Positions 10,719 to 25,879 of a stretch of 58,772 nt of DNA are shown here, piece after piece. A program made the translations under genes and the position numbers. Each line of letters opens with the position of its first letter. Within the stretch, counting starts at the first letter, position 1. The stretch is taken from the NCBI GenBank assembly GCA_009602725.1, contig WELB01000002.1:704851-763622 (forward strand), given 5' to 3'. Source of the DNA: Spirogloea muscicola. Its lineage: Eukaryota. The notes beneath the pieces are model-generated. The model saw only the letters and a program-made list of their open reading frames with translations. It did no database searches and was not told where the DNA came from.

Positions 10719-13700
10719 TTATAGTACATCTGCTTTGTCCACTTTAGTGGACTCTGTACGGGAGTCTTCTGCAAGTGGGGGATGGAGCAAGGGCAGGGCG
10801 GACATGGGCAAGAAGGTGCTTGGAGGCGTGAGAGTTTGTGCTGGCATCCACTGATCAGGGACCATGACAAAGTAAGTCGACATGGCCTTCCGAAATCGCT
10901 TCTTATAGTGATTAGGCGAGATGACTGTCGGGACAGCATTCTTGGGACCACCCAATATCCCTGAGCCTTTCACCCAGCTCTCCAGGTGCTTGTCCCACGT
11001 GTATTGGCGCACAAAGTCAATTATGCCAATCACAAGCTCCTGCTTCTCCTCGTCCAGGCCAACCAGCAATGAGTAGTCCATCACATGGACTCCCTGTGTC
11101 CAGAAACGAAGTGGACCCAAGTCATGCAGGATCACTGTGGCCACAATGGCTGAAGCGAAAATCGAAGCCCCGTCTAGGAAGTACATAGATACATAAACAT
11201 GGTGCATAGACACTTCAGTCAGATACCATCTAGAGATTCACAGAAGCAGCTGGCACCAAGTGGCTAATGTCATACAGCAAGGAAGGCCGTGTCATTCCAC
11301 ACAGCTCTCTCGAGTAATCGCTTTGCTTTGCTGCCCACAAAGATGGGGCTCGTTGGCATGGCCTCCAGAAGATTCTCATCTAGCAGCACCTGCAATAGTA
11401 ACAACTGGTCAATGAGAAAGGGGCTGTAAAGCCAGCATGGACGAAAGATACTTCCGATGTACAAAGGCCATGCTTAGGTACCATAAGAATCAGCAGTAAT
11501 CATTGCATGGTTGCAAGAGTTATTGATTCCAAGCCAAGCACCTTGTTCTTGCCGGTGGGGTGTGCATTGTAGCGCGAGCGCGTGGAACCTTTGAGGTCAT
11601 AGAGGCGAGAGATGCGGCGCGAGTAGAGCAGGTTCTCCATGACAACAACATCCATCCGTGCCTCCTTTCCACCCTTGGCACTTCTTACCACGACCTGAAT
11701 AGCACATCGGCACAGAGAGCATAGGAAAATCTTTAATGGCGTGGACATGTACAGGCTTGCTTAGAAAGCTCTGTCAGATACAATGTCAGATTGCCCCATA
11801 CAGGGACTGGGGGAGCTTATCAAATTGTCATGGTATTGACTTGCTCGATCAATGGAATAAAGCTGTTGGTTACCTAAAAAGTAATGCATTTCTTCTGGGG
11901 AAAAGTAGGCTCTCATCACCTGATATACACCAAGAATCTTCGCCAAGCAGGTCGGGCTGCCAGATTTGAGGGCGTCTGAGAGGTACTTGAAGTAATCGGG
12001 AGCAAATTCCAAGAAGGACAAGAGCTCTGTCCTTGTCACCTGGATGCAGATTACCACAGAGAAATTTGAGCACTGCGCAAAGCAAGTATCTGACCTGCAG
12101 ACCAGTGTGCGGCAGACTACAAGTTCCAGGAGAGCTTGATATGTCTGCTATGCACCTGCTTGACAACAAAGCGGTCGTCCACGGTCTTGGCAAAGTAGAC
12201 ATTGCTCCGTCCCCCATAAGCCCCCCACTTTCTACAGCGGCAGAGTGATCGCACAAAGTCCAAGTCGTCCCCTCCTCTCTCAGTCCCGCCACCGCTGCAG
12301 CAGCACTTGCGTAGAGCATCAAACTGCTTCGCGTAATAGCATGTGACCTGATACTTCATCTTCCCCTGCAAACGCATGGGCACATATGGTTAGGTGCTAG
12401 ACAAGAGGGGCCGGTTATGAAAGTCAACTTAGTCATTCAGCCTTCATTGATTTATTGTTCTCAATCACACACCACGCTTAAGAGGAAGAAAGGCGTGTGA
12501 GTACGTGCAAGTCTGCATGTACGCAACATGTATTGTGGCACTTAAGTTATGCTGCCATTGAGCCCATTGACAATGCAAATCTGCTGACCTGCGGCGCATC
12601 ATCGACAAAGTTGACTTTGACGTGCAGAGCCTCCGTGGACAGCATGGGGTCAGCGACTCCCTCCACATTGCCTTGGCCCTGTCCCTCAGCAGCCTCACTC
12701 TCCAACACGGGAGCCTCATCCAATGTCAAGCTGTGTGACCTCGACAGAGCCTGTGTAGGCTGGCAAGCCTGTGTTTTGCCATCCTCCTTGTCGGAGGTGG
12801 AAGGTCCGCCACCACTGCTGTCTGTGGCGCCGACGAACTCATCCCTGCTTGCAGGCGTAACTACAGACAGCCCCCTTACCGCCTTGTGATAATCAACGGA
12901 CGAAATGGCGTATGCAATAATGGACGTGGGTTCGTCATCGTAGACAGCAACCACATGTTCATCTGACCCCAGTGGCAGAAGTAGCCTTGCACCTCCCTGA
13001 GCAGCAACCTGTGTATTCAAGTAACTTGATGATAATAAGAGACACGGAAGATGCAGAGGCGGATACATGGTCATCCATTCTCTATCTTCCATTCTTTGCC
13101 TGCATCGCAAGACCATTGAAGTCCTATATATAGCAGAACACCAACCTGCGCCGCGTGCGAGACAATGGACCCTGCAGTAGGTGGCGGCCACCGCGTGGAC
13201 TCATTTGCTGGCGGTGGCGATGCTGGCAGTAGGCTCGCCTGCGATGGCACACGGGGCATGGGACTCCGCCAACCCAAGAATGGGAAGCTGCCGCCGTTTG
13301 TCCTGGCAGCAGCCTCCTCGCCCCCGCTCTCGTTGTCACTGTCCTTACCGGCCCCCGTGGCGACGGCAGCAGCATCGTGACTGTCAGCCTCTGGCCCCAG
13401 TCCCTGCACTATTGGTCCCACAGATGGCTGCTCGGAGCGACTGCCACTAACGGCCCCAGCTTGCAAGTCCTCTGGTACTGCAGCAATTAGCTCAACAGCT
13501 GCAAGAGCTGCTGCAGTGTCCTCCATGGCAGCGGCGCCAGAGTCCTTCGCCAGGCCTGCCGGATCCGCCACCCCATTGGTGTGCGTAGCACGCACTGCAG
13601 CGGCCATGTCGCCGCTTGCGACCGGCGACAGCTTACTGGGTCTCGGTGGCTTCATGGAGGCCTCGTGCCAGGCATCCCCGGCCAGCTTCGCAGCGACCAC

Positions 13701-16700
13701 GTCGTGACCACCCGAGGGGTGGATGTCCACGGCCTCCACGCCGACTCCACTGCTGGTGCTCAACGAGCGCGCCTCGCCCGTCCACGCCGCGTCGAGCACC
13801 ATCGAAAGGTCAGCAAGAATGGGGAAGTGGCCCTCTGACAGCGTCCGCCGCACGCCTTGCTCATCATCAGCACGACCACAGACACTGTCCTTCTCCTGAG
13901 CCCTGCCGTCAGCCTTGCCACCACTTTCAGCCGCTGCAGAGTCCTTGGTGTGCTCTAGCTCTAAAGCAGGGCCGTCCACGCTCAAGCCCTCAGTGCCGCT
14001 CCCAGGGGTGACCTTCTGTAACACGCCAATGATGGCACTCTGGCTCTGCTGATCTCCAGGATTCAGGACTAGTACTACAGGCTCAGTTGGCGGCTGCTGC
14101 TGCAGCTGCACCGTGAGAGCCACATCCTTCGTGGCCAATGGAATCTGGCTCTCAGAGAAATGCCGCACGAGCTCACTAATACCATCTGCTGCTGTCTCCA
14201 ACAACTCCGCCTGACTGAAAATCACAGGGCCCGGCCCAATGGTCCTTGACCGCTGCAGCTCCAAGCCGAGCGGCTTTGCCAAGACAGTTGCAGCGTCTAT
14301 GCCGAAGTCCTCAGCACCGCCCGCAGGCAGAGGTGGCGCAGCAGCGTCCTTAGAGGAGCCATCGAATGCAAAAGCTGCCGGCGGCGCAGGGCTGTCAGAG
14401 CCATCCAGTGGCTTGCGCAGCTTGAGCGAGGAGGCGAGGAAGAGAAGGCGCGAGTCCCACTGGAAGGAAGCAATGGCCAGTGCCCGCCGTAGCCGATTGA
14501 GCTCCAGGATGTCCGCACCGGCACCGGCCTCTGGCATGGCCTGCTTCATCTCCTCCTGCACATAAGTCCGAGTAGAAGCACCTTGAAGCACCAACAGAGG
14601 CTGACAGCCACTCAACCACGTTTTGACATTATCTAAGCTTTGCGCATCTACAAGCACACGAATGCTTGACTACAAGACAGCGTCAAGAATGCTCTCAGGC
14701 CACTTGCACGTTAGAATGGCAGGAGGCGAGTTTCACGACCACATTTCAGGTGAGCTCTGCAGTGCGATATGCTATGACCACTGATTGCACGACACTGATC
14801 CTTCACTACTATGTATGGAACTTGTAGTCGTCGTGCCTTTCTCCTATGCAAACAAAGGGCTAGCTGTCGTTGAGATCCGAGCCTGACAACCTGGCCGACC
14901 AAGAAAAGTCATTGGACAAGCAGGGCATAGTCCACGGTGTCAGATCACAATGTATGAGGTGTTCATGCTATGAGGACTAAGGGAGCAATGAAATGTTATT
15001 GACTGAGTTCTGCCTGAGGTAATCGAGTATTGGGGATTGAGGCTGTCGAAAGCAGAACTTGAGCATGCTTCCCACCTCAAATTGCGCCTTCTCCTTGCAC
15101 ACAAGCGCCTCGAGCTCAACAAGCCGACGGCGGGCCTCCACTGCTTTGGGTAGTCCCGCAATACGCTCTCCAATTACTCGCAGCGTGTCAAGCACCTCCA
15201 GGTACACCAGCTCCACCTTATCGACAACCTGGCGCATGAGCCAACAGAAGGGCATCCTATCCGAATTAGGCCTGTGCTAAAGTGGCATCAAGTGCAACTA
15301 GCCTCACAACATGTCAAGCAGCGCAACACTGGTATGCTCAGCAATGAAAAAGGAGTGCTAAAAGGTTGCATGCACTGCTGCAATTTCACGACTTCGGAGA
15401 GTGGGAAGCATTTGTCAGTCATCAGCTGCCAATATCAGTCTTGCAAAGTGTTGCTAATTTGTCTGTCAACTTGGTGATGGGAAAGCAAAGAGGTGTACCT
15501 CGGCTGACTCCCTACAGAGCCAGTCCTGCTGCGAGGCACTTTGGAAATCTAGCTGTGCCGGTGGCGTATGGACAGTGTGCAGCAGGATCGGGGCATAGCG
15601 GAAGCACGCCATGAGTGCTCCACACCTGCCAGGGCAAAGAATCGACAGAAGGTACACACATTGAGAACCTGGTTATTCAAATATTCTGGGAGAAGCAGCT
15701 AATATCACCAACTAACGGAAGATCAGGTCACGACGTTGTGACTTGAGTCACAGGACGATTCTGCAATAAGACTCCAAATTCGAAGCCTAAGACCTGAAAG
15801 CAGTACCAACAGGAATAAACTAATAAAGTCGGGTTGCTCCTATGTGAGGAGGAGCAGGCTGCCTTCAATTTGTGATACTGAAGCATTGGCATAAGGCAAG
15901 AATGCAGAAAACCCTTAAGCTCTGAATCCTAAGCACTAACTCTTGCAGATGGTGGCACTTCAGTGTCTCCAGTGCCTTCTTACCCGTAGAAGCGCAGGCA
16001 ATCTCGGTGCAGTGAGTGACCGCAGGCGGCAACGCGGCTGGCAGCAGCATGGTTGGAGAACGATAGCTCCAGGAACTTGCCGAAGCTGAGGCCCCAGGCG
16101 GCAGACGACATGAGCACACGACGCGTTGCCGGTGGCACTCCGTTCACGCGCACGCACCGCAGGCAGCGGTGCCACATCCACAGCTTGCCTTCGCGCTCGC
16201 CATTGAGTGACGCCTCTGGCGGCAACCGCCGGACTGATATGGCAAGGCTGCCCGCGCGGTGCGTGTAGACGCGCACGTGGGCCTCACTTGGCTCCTCGCA
16301 CTTGTTGCACCGCCATACCTGAACCCAACACAGATACGTCAATCTCATACATAGTGAAAGGAGGTGAGAGGCAGGAGGAGCAAGGAGGACAACGGAAGAG
16401 CAAGACAGCAGCTGCTGAAGTCAGAGATGGGCTGTGAAGCCAATTCAAGCCCAAATCTAGAGGAGGGAACTACATGAAAAGAGAGGAAGGAAGATGGAGA
16501 GTGGTAGGACTGGCGTTGCCAGGCAGCTCAGCAACATACCGCGTTCAGCAGGCCCTCACAGAGGAAGCGACCGAGCGGCATGTCTGTCGAGCCGTAGTAC
16601 TTGATGCGGCGCAGCTCAGGCTTGTCGCACACGGTGCCCTTCCTCAGGCAGCGGCTCGACGCGCTGATAAGGATGGCCTTGTGGTCCGAGGACGGCGGCG

Positions 16701-19700
16701 ACGACGGCTGTGCCTGAGTCACCACTGCCGTGCCGCCGCTACTGTCATTCTTCTTCCCCTCCTTCTCTACGTCCGTCGCCCCACCCTCTCCCTCCTCCCT
16801 CCCCGTTGCCTGTTCCCCGCCACTCTCACCCTCCTGCTCAACATTCCCTGCAGCTGGAGCGGCACTGTTCCTCTGCTTCCCTTCCTCCCCCTTGAAGTTG
16901 CTAGCTGTACGCGCAGCCCAGGAGAGGCCCCTGCCAGGACCAGAGAGATAGAGCTGCTCCAACGCCTCCGATGCTGGTATCTGCAGGGGGGCAAGAGCCG
17001 GCGGAAAGGCTTCAAAGTCCCCAGCCTTGCGTGGCCCCTCTGCCAGCACCTTTTGGTCGGCACCATTTTCCAGCGCTGGTGCCAACATGTTGGCGTTATT
17101 GTCGGCCGCTTTGTGGGCTGCTAACCTGTGGCCGTTTGCCACAGCACCTGGCAGAAGTGACGCCTGCAGGGGCCGTGGAACGGCGGCGCCCTCGTCGGCT
17201 AGAAACGAAGTCTCGAGCGCAAGGTGGTAAGCGGCAAAGACGGCGAACTGCACCACCTTCTTCACCTTCTTGAGCTCCTCCTGCGGAGCACCAAAGAGGA
17301 GTACCTGCACACACGAGCTCAATGCCAAGCCGCACATTCGTTGGACCAAGCCAGCAAGTCACACCAGACAAAGAAGCAGAAAGCTCAGATCTACGCCTCA
17401 AATATAGGCAAGGTCTGACGTCCCCATCAAAGATGCGATACAAATGCAGGTGCCATCTTCAAGGAGTAGTAGGGTTTTAGTGCTCAGACTCAGAAATAGA
17501 ACGCCCACCCTACAGATGTAATGCATGAACTCTGGGACCAGCTTGATTCTGAGCTAAAGCTTCTGAGGTATAGCAGGCAGCGCTCCAGCAGTAAATCCAC
17601 CTATACCGTAAGACTATGATACATATTTTCTCTATAGAGTCCAGCCCAGTTGAAGTGGCGAGCAGACTAACCGTGCACCCAAGCGGGCGAGGGCAGCCCT
17701 CAAAGAACATCAGTGTTTTGGCTGCCCGGCGAGGAGCGCCAAGTACAGAAGCCTCGTCGCTGCGCTGTGATGACAGCGGAAGTGCCGCTGAGGTGCTAGC
17801 ACCATCATTGGCACCCCCACCGAAGCAGTCCTCTTCGAATTTCTCAACATAGAATACCTCACAGTGCCCAACCTTGGGATTCATTAAGTGGTCCGTGGAT
17901 GGCACTACCTGCTCAAGACATGACATAGTAAGAACCTGCACCAGTAGCAATGCTTCTCTACAGCTTAAATCCTACAGCACAGGCTGGTGATACGGATGCT
18001 TGTGAGCCTCGAACTAATTGTCACTAGGTTAGCGGACAACCCCCAAGCTGCAGCCTTACGACCAGAACCTGATTTATGCCAATTGCAGATGGCACTGCAG
18101 AGAGCAATGAGGAGGCTGGAAAATATTGTGTAAAACTGCTGCTAATGAATACATCAAATACCAAGTTTGACTGCAAGCAGAGATCCACTGCTGCTACTGC
18201 GAGACCAAGGAAATTACATGCAGACAAGGAGCCAGGTGATGATCGTTCGACTTTCAATTCACTTTCTGTGTTTCAGCGTATCTGGGGGTAAAAGAAAGGA
18301 GCATCACGAGATTACACCCTAAAAAGAGAGGTAAGGCAAGACCTGGGCGCCAGTGCAACGTGCAATGCGCTGGAGGAGCGACATCTTAACATTGAGTACA
18401 AGTGTTATCTCCTTCTTCAGCAGCCGCTCCTGCGCAAAGCGCGAAACGGTCTTCTCGACCAGCAGCACGCTTGGCTGGTGCGCCTCAATTCTTGCCACCG
18501 TCATATTCAAGTGATCCCTCTCCTGCAAATGGAGGAAGTTGCTGTCATATCCAGACACTTATCTAGTAACCAAAGTGAGGAAGAGCTGCATAAGAACAGG
18601 CAGAAGACAACGTGAAAACATGAAAGTGACAGTGTTTACTGCAACAAAGACTGACAAAGTCAATCCATAAGGACCAACATCCAAGTAGAGGGAGCTTGCC
18701 TGCTGCAGAAGGGTGTCCAAAGAAGACAACTGATTGGACACACGCTGGTACTCAAGGGCGCCACCAAGGAGCAGGATATGGGGGTTGTTGATCAGGGCCG
18801 TCATGCGGCGGTTGGCAAGGTTCTTACGACACACCACGCCCTTCACAACACGGCTGCGCCTCAAGCAAGTAGGTATTGGTGCGAGCAGATTCAAAGCAGG
18901 GCCATGCGTCCCTCTCAGAATTCGGCAAAAGTAATTGAAGGAGGGAGGAGGGGCATGAAAGGAGCGTGAGGAGAGAGAGGATATTGAGAGAGGCTGTTGA
19001 GGAGCATACGAGAGTACAGAGAGAGGAGCGGGAGGAGGAAAAGAGAGGGAAAGAGAAGAGGAGGGGCTGGCCAGGCACTCAGAAAGGGATGGGCCGAAGG
19101 GGTCACTACACACAGGTCACTACAAAGTAAAGGGGGGCACAGCGTGAGTGGGAGGGAGGTTTGACAAGCAGGGAAGAGGAAGGAGGGAGAGGGGAAGCCA
19201 GGAGGTCAAGAACGAGAGCAGACCAGGGCATGAGGACCATGCTTACCTATCCTCTGGCTGCCCGCTGGGGATGCACTTGACCTTGACATACCCACCGGGG
19301 TCCATGCACCCGCCCTTGCTCGTGTCGGGCTTCACGAGGCTCGCAGCCTGCAGGGCCAGCGCGGACACGACGCCAAGCCACCGCGAGCCGCCGCCAGCAC
19401 CGTTCTCGTCCATCTCGCCACATGGAGCAGAGGTAGACTCAACCTCCTCCGAGCGCAGGAGCTGCGCGACTAGTGCTCGGAAGTGGCCGTCCACGACAGC
19501 ACGCAGTGCTTGCCGGTGCTCGTCGGCTGCCGAGGCCTGTCGGTCGCCCAGGTCGTGGGGCGACAACCTGGCGCCACCACCGCTGCTGCTGCCGCCGACC
19601 GGGCTGCCGCCGTTTGCCCGCCCAGTGCCCCAGCCGCCGTCCTCGTCAGAGTCCTCATCTGCCAGCGCACGCAGTGTCACGTTCTCGCCCTCGTCCTCGG

Positions 19701-21320
19701 GCGGCGGCGGTATCCAGAGCTGCGACACATCCTCAATGGCACCGCCGTCGCAAGCTGCGGCGACAGCGGCCGGGTCCAGGGCCTCCTCGTACATGGGCGC
19801 GTCACTTGTTTCGTCCTCCGGTAAGTCCTCAACCCCGTCCTCCAGGTCAGTCAGCGGCTTGCTCAGTGGCCTTGCCACGTGCTCGCCGGCCTGCGCCCTG
19901 GCTGCTGCTGGCTCATTCTCGCGGCGCACTGTCATCGTTGCCAGCCCTGGCAGGTCCTGGTCGCTGGCAGCTCGGGACGGGAAGCCTGACGAGGTCTCAC
20001 CGCAGGCTGCTAGCCCTGCTGCCGCACCGTCTAGGTCCACATCCTCCCTGTCAAAGTGGCGGTAGGAGCGCTGATGTGTGTCCTCGAGGCCACTGTCATC
20101 CTCCTCGTCGCCCGATGCCTGGCATCGACTGGAGCCATTGAGGAGCGGAACACGCCCGCTGGCATCAAGCTCGTCCTCATCTTCACTCCTGGAGGGAACA
20201 CGGTATCTGGCTGGGTGAGCGTTTGAGTGCGACGTTCTCTGAGCTGTAGCTGCAGTTGTAGCCCAGATGGCGAGAGCAGACATCTTGTCTAAGTGGGTTG
20301 TTGCGGGCCACATCGTGCTGACAACAAGGTCCTCTGACTTTCTACTGCATGCTTGCTCGACATGACAAGTAAGTGCCGGTCAGAAGCGGAGCTTGTTCAG
20401 CGCTTGGCTTAGCCCTCAAAAGATTGCATGGAAAACTCACCTGGCAAACTTCCCAAAGGCGTTGTGGTGGTGCAAGGCAGGGCCTTTGCTGCCACCACCA
20501 ACGCCACCGCTGCCGTCGCCTGCAGCCTCCTCGCGATCTTCTTCGTCATAGTCAGGTTCCCCTCCCTGGCTGACATTCTGGTCACCAAGCTCCCGCGCCA
20601 AACCTATCCCTGCTGCTGGCCCCAAGGATTGCCTTTGTCCAGCGCTGCTCCGAGCACTGTCTTTCACGCCCGCGGCGACTCGGTTCTGCTGCAACCGAGA
20701 GTTTGCCACTTGCGCCTGCACAAGATTAGCGAAGGTCAGCTAAGTGGGCAGCACTCAGCTATCAACGGGTGTTGATGCAATTCCATGGGTAGTCTGGATA
20801 GTCTGGACAGCTCAGGGCGTGGGAAGGACCTGCGCCTGCTGATGTGCGTCGAGGGTGGCGTCCTGGCGGAGGCGGAAGCAGAAGCCGCAGACGCGCACGC
20901 GCTCGCCCTCGTCCGTCTCGGACGCGGGTATGGTGTTGAGCGTGCAGCGGCCGCAGAAGACGCGGCCGCAGATGCGGCAGTGGTGCTTCCGATTGAAGAT
21001 GGTGAACTGTGACAGGCCGTGCAATAAAGGACACTAGCGTCAACAAAGCGTGCGGACCGACAGCCAGACGTCGTTAGCTTTGCCGTCGCTCACGATAGCC
21101 ACGCATAGGAGACATGGCATGTTCTCAGGACGACATCGCCTTTCGTCTCTCAGTTGGCCGCAGCCTACATTTAGTAGTGGCAGTGCAGCCTGACAGACGA
21201 GCCGCATCAGCTGAACGACAGTCGACTGCGACGGCGTGACGAGCGGGCTGTGCCCACCTGAGCGTCGCACTCGTAGCAGACGCGGCAGGCGCGGTCGGGC
21301 ATCCAGAAGTCGCGCGACAT

Positions 21321-21351
<31 letters not shown>

Positions 21352-21470
21352 CCAGCCGCCGCCGCCTTCTGCTGGCCGTCCTCCACGGCGGCGGCGGNCG
21401 CCGCTGCCGGCGGCGGCGGCGGCGGCGGCGGCGATAGCTGCAGCGGTCTTGGCCTGCGCAACGCGTCCGG
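10719..21470 (-). CDS. FAB1: 1-phosphatidylinositol-3-phosphate 5-kinase FAB1A/B-like (PIKfyve), FYVE-containing; about 17 exons
   Basis: FYVE (SRDFWMPDRACRVCYEC..FNRKHHCRICGRVFC); CCT/TCP1-like domain (MDPGGYVKVKCI..GVVCRKN..FFEGCPRPLG); Cys-rich region (WMWHRCLRC..AWGLSFGKFLEL..CGHSLHRD); PIPK kinase (GGRSNVYFAKT..MENL..YDLKGS..MDYSLLVG..GIIDFVRQYTWDK..PTVISP). Stop at 10719. The start is uncertain because of the N at 21398 and GCG runs. Confidence 0.96.
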
Positions 21471-21759
21471 ATGCCGCGCCGCACCTTCCGCCGCGAGTTG
21501 CGGCGGGGCCTAGAAGGCGGCCCTGCTATGGCATTCTTTCTACATTTCTTCCTTTGCTTTTTAATGTCAGTCCCCCCTGCCCACTTGTACCAGTCGCGAT
21601 TTCGTTGGTCACTACTTCGTTGGTGTCCTACCGTCGCGTTCGCTCTCCTGTGGCAGCGCTTGTTCGTCTAGGGAAAGGCGCACGGTGCCGATAAACTGAA
21701 AGGAAGTAGCGATACAGAAGGCCAAGTCCAGCCAACAGATTCTTCACGCAAAGGGTATA

Positions 21760-22350
21760 AGAAGAAAGCGCGGCCAGATTGACTGGTGGCTGGGAAAGGA
21801 AGAAGAAGGCTCGCCCAAAGGAAAGGCCAGGCCCAAAGGAATGGACAAGGGAACAAACTTAAGAAAGAAAATGCGGCTACTGAATTGAATGCGGCTGTTA
21901 TAAAGCCAGCCAGGTGCATAAACCGTGCTTGGCAGGCAAGTGATATCACCGCTTTGACAGCTCCTAGATAATCAGCTTGACCATAGCCACAGCCATTCGG
22001 AGGGCCAAAGGAGCGAGCGCTTGCAAGGAGAGCCCTTTTCCGATACGCCCCACACGCTGACCTTTCTTGCGAGGATACCATCAGGTGCGCATCTTTCCTT
22101 TGACTATGCTCTGGTTTGTAAGTTGATCGCATGGTGCTGACTGTCATGACACTGATCGCGCACCAGCGGGGTCGCAAGTTTGCAGTGCTGGACAACCACT
22201 TGACCACATTCCGCCTCCACGACAGGTATAGTGGCATGGACTGTAGTGTAGTTCTTTTTCGGCTCCTCTTTCTTTGGCTTGGGATATTGCCCATTCATTT
22301 TGGGCTGGCTTTGCCAGCCACTCTTCTCTATGGGCGAGCACATTCTTCTT
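21760..22350. mobile_element. nest of CRE-like termini upstream of FAB1
   Basis: Type C end at 21765-21860 (-), G-like end near 21890-21940 (-), B-type UTR at 22235-22350 (+, similar to the reverse complement of 31395-31490). Confidence 0.65.
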
Positions 22351-22849
22351 ATAATGGCAAGCCTTGTCAACATAGACATGCCTTTCGAGTGTGGCGTCTG
22401 TTGAGCTTGAGTTGTAGGATGGTATAAGGCAGATAAGAGAAAGTAAAGTCAGTCCTGTGAGTACATCTGGACATCTGCTATACTTACTGCAGGCTACTTG
22501 ATGTTGCTAGCACCCCCTACTCGACCACTGACCAATTTCACCAGAGCGATTAGACAGGAGATGGATGGCGCCAGCTGCAGCATGGCTGCAGCCTCTTGAC
22601 AGCATTGGCGCGCAGCCGCTCAGACGGGCTAGGATTGATCAAGTTGATAGACACAAGCAACGGATTGGCAGCGCTGGTGACCTCTCAGCAGGGGAGGGAG
22701 CCGTGCCTCTGGGCCTCACAGCGAACCGTTACACTCATGACAGGTTGACCTGCGCGGCTGCTAGTTAAAAGGGGCGGCTGTGACGCCAGCCGAGTGCACA
22801 CAGAGAGAGCGGGCTCGGTGCGGATGAAAGAAAGGGAGGTCAGATCAAG

Positions 22850-24300
22850 CCAATACACTGTTTAGGAAAAGGCTAGTGCAAAGAATAGAGCTACATACAG
22901 CGAAGCCGTGCGCTAAGGAGGGGTAAGTCATCGGTTCAGTGCAACAGCTGGCATAATGGGGACTTCAATACCCACGAGTAAGCACATACAGATACGACAG
23001 GCTAACTTGGGGAGCCAGAGCACCGCCACAGAAACCAGTGGCCTGATTTAGAGCGCGGCAAGCATGCTGATGATCAGCCAAAGCTTGCAACGCTGCAGGT
23101 TTAGCGTAAGCCGCATTCCGTCACAAGCAACGAATTGCGGAATGCTTATGCCCCCAACTGCCTTCCAAGTGCAGCAACGCATGTCAATCAGCTGGGCCAG
23201 ATGCTGGAGAAGGGAGGACCATTACTTGCCATAGCTGTCTTGAATGTTCATAGCGCGCCGATGTAAGTGGTCTGCTCGGGGTGGTTTTAGTAATGCACTT
23301 TCGAAGCTGTGCTCCTTGTGGCTTGTCGTTCAACCAGGCACGATCGACAGTGTGCTCCTGCTTTAGTAAGCGTCAATGAGTACCATGTCAAGGAGCAGGT
23401 GAGGCCAGAGGAAAATGGATTGAACCAACCTATACTGAGCGGAATCTGGATTGAAGCTACACTATGCGAAGCCGTCAAATTGGGCAACAGGGCTTTCTCA
23501 GTACCTTATGTTATTAACAGGGAAGTCAGAAAAGCTGAGGAATGGGTGAGGAACCTGCTGCGCAAGCCAGGGGCTGCAGCTTGTGCAATGGTGGGACCGT
23601 TGGAGGGACATGGAGAAATGCATGCAGTAGTAGGACACAAGACCCAAAGGTACGAAGCCTCCAGGGAGAGCTGCCCCCTGCTCGCGGAGTCAGCTGGGTC
23701 AGCTTGAAGAGGCCAGCAGCAGAAGTAACGTGGCTTACTGACCCCCGTCATTTGTAGATGTCCATGGCCAGCAGGTAGAAGGAAGGTGTCCCCAGCAGGG
23801 TGGTTCTTATCCTTTTGTATCTTCATCTGCTCAACCACCTTCACAACATAGCAGGCCCCAGAAATGACAGGGCTCTTCTTCCGGAAGCTGTGTCTGCAAG
23901 GACGACAACCATGAGAAGCTGCATTCCACCTCCTAGAGATCGCCCACCAGATCAACATCAACACGCCTCGCTCGTTGTACAAATGTATGGGCATCACCGC
24001 TGTGCTCTTCATAGCCAATTGAAGGTATCAATGCCATACATGGCATCACGCAGGAGTCCGTGGGTTGCTGCCTTCGTATAACCTGGCATGTGGGCGCCCA
24101 TATTCACAGCATCCACCTCATGAGGCCACGTTCGCACTGAGTCACCCCACGCAGCCAAGCTCGAGGATTCTGAATCAAGCTGGCGGCGCAGAGCATCACA
24201 GATACGGTAATATTTACAGCAAGGCACGAAACCACTCAGTGGCTCCAAGCCACGCATCTGGTAAGAGCCGAGCCTGGCGGCCATGAGCAACCCCCTTGAA
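22850..24300 (-). mobile_element. old degenerate CRE-like element pieces (Zn-knuckle/RLE and C-terminus) separated by unrelated DNA
   Basis: 24290-23870 encodes MGAHM..THGLLRDAMYGI..LGGGMQLLMVVVLAD (compare 55050-54751). 23100-22965 encodes RALNQATGFCGGALAPQVSLSYLYVLTRGY*. Confidence 0.7.
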
Positions 24301-25879
24301 GATTATCATGGAGACGCTCAGATGGGAGTCAGATGGGTGTCTCAGCATACAAAGCTTGTCCTTATGGAACCACATCACTGACACAACCATCTAGTATTGC
24401 CAAGCTGCGACAAGCAGCAAGTTCTTGCTATCTTCATCTTTTCATCCAGTGTTCATATTCAGCGAGCTTCTCACCTGGGATGTAGAAACTATGTCATAGG
24501 TACTGGGGTACTACGATATTGAATACTACGACACCGAAACACTACCCTATATTGATCTTTGTAATCGACCTCCATTGTGAGATCGGTATCGGCGATTGAT
24601 GTGCTCAATCCTGATGTGCTCATAGCGGTTACGTTATTAGAACTACAATGCTACGATATGACAGGAATTTAATACAACCTAATTTATCTATACCATACAC
24701 CTCCATGACCTTTTCGCGGCGATAGTGTTGTGCTCACCCTTGCATGAGGCCAGTGTTTGTGCTTGGAAAGTGGTGTCCTGTCTTTGCTGAACGAGGTCGT
24801 CCATAAGCATGCCCTGGAAAATCAGACTAGTAGCCTTTCCCCCACACCAGATGCCACCTTATGCTTTGCTTCAGACACAGATGTCTCATTGTTGCTGTCC
24901 ATGTCGTCACTGATGTTGTGGGTGTCTGCATCAAACATTCTGAATTTGTGCTTCTACATCAACCTCAATCTGGTCGAACAGATACCTTAGGGTCCTTGAC
25001 TGCCTGCCAGTAGTTACGGCCTCGGACGGTCCACAGCCACTGCTGGATACATGAGCATGACACAGCTTGCCCAGTATGGCTCCTTCTCCTTTCATCACTA
25101 CAAGAGAGTGCTACCTTGTCGATTGCGAGGTAGATGAGCACATGACTACACTTCAGCCTACTTCAATACTTTATTTCGACTGTTAGTTCTAGATATAGCT
25201 TCGTGCTCATGTCATATGCTACCTCTTCATGTTGATTGGTTCCCTGTGAGCCTCAGTAGTCAAAAATAGGAACTAGCTTCTGCAGAATCCAATTTATATA
25301 TGAAGGATAATGTGCACCTTTCGGTATTGCAAGTGATATGAAGTACTTGCAGTTCATTCCCAAGATGATTGTGAGGATGTTGAAGAAGTCCTGTAAGATT
25401 TTGCGGGAATCCAGGTCGAAGCTTGTGGTTGGACTTGATAAGTTAGACATGTTATGGCGTAAGTCATAACCAAAGTACAAATAGGTGGTACGACCACGAT
25501 CGGAGCAATATGCTCGATATTGAAAAAGTAGATGAAAATCAATGTCAGACAGTAGATAAACATTTCTTGTATTCGCCATAAAGAGTTCGCTTGCTACCTT
25601 TCCATCCATTTCTTTCCGCTTCACTTGGCTATTGTATGGAGTTGATAGTCCAAGTTTGAAGATATGCATGCATTCAATAATTGATTTTGGGATTGGTGGA
25701 GCGACAGGGTGATGGCAAGGGGGATAAGAGTGATATTAAACATCTTCCAACATACCCACCCCCATAAAACAGGGACTGTTATGGTTATATTAATCGGAAG
25801 TCGTCGATTTTCCGTAGTCCGATATGCTAATGTATCGGAGTAATACAATGTGCTTTGGAACAACTGTGTCACAGAGAAG

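Noticed and set aside
23309..23707. 132-aa plus-strand ORF between CRE pieces
   Set aside because: No recognisable motif or supporting splice structure.
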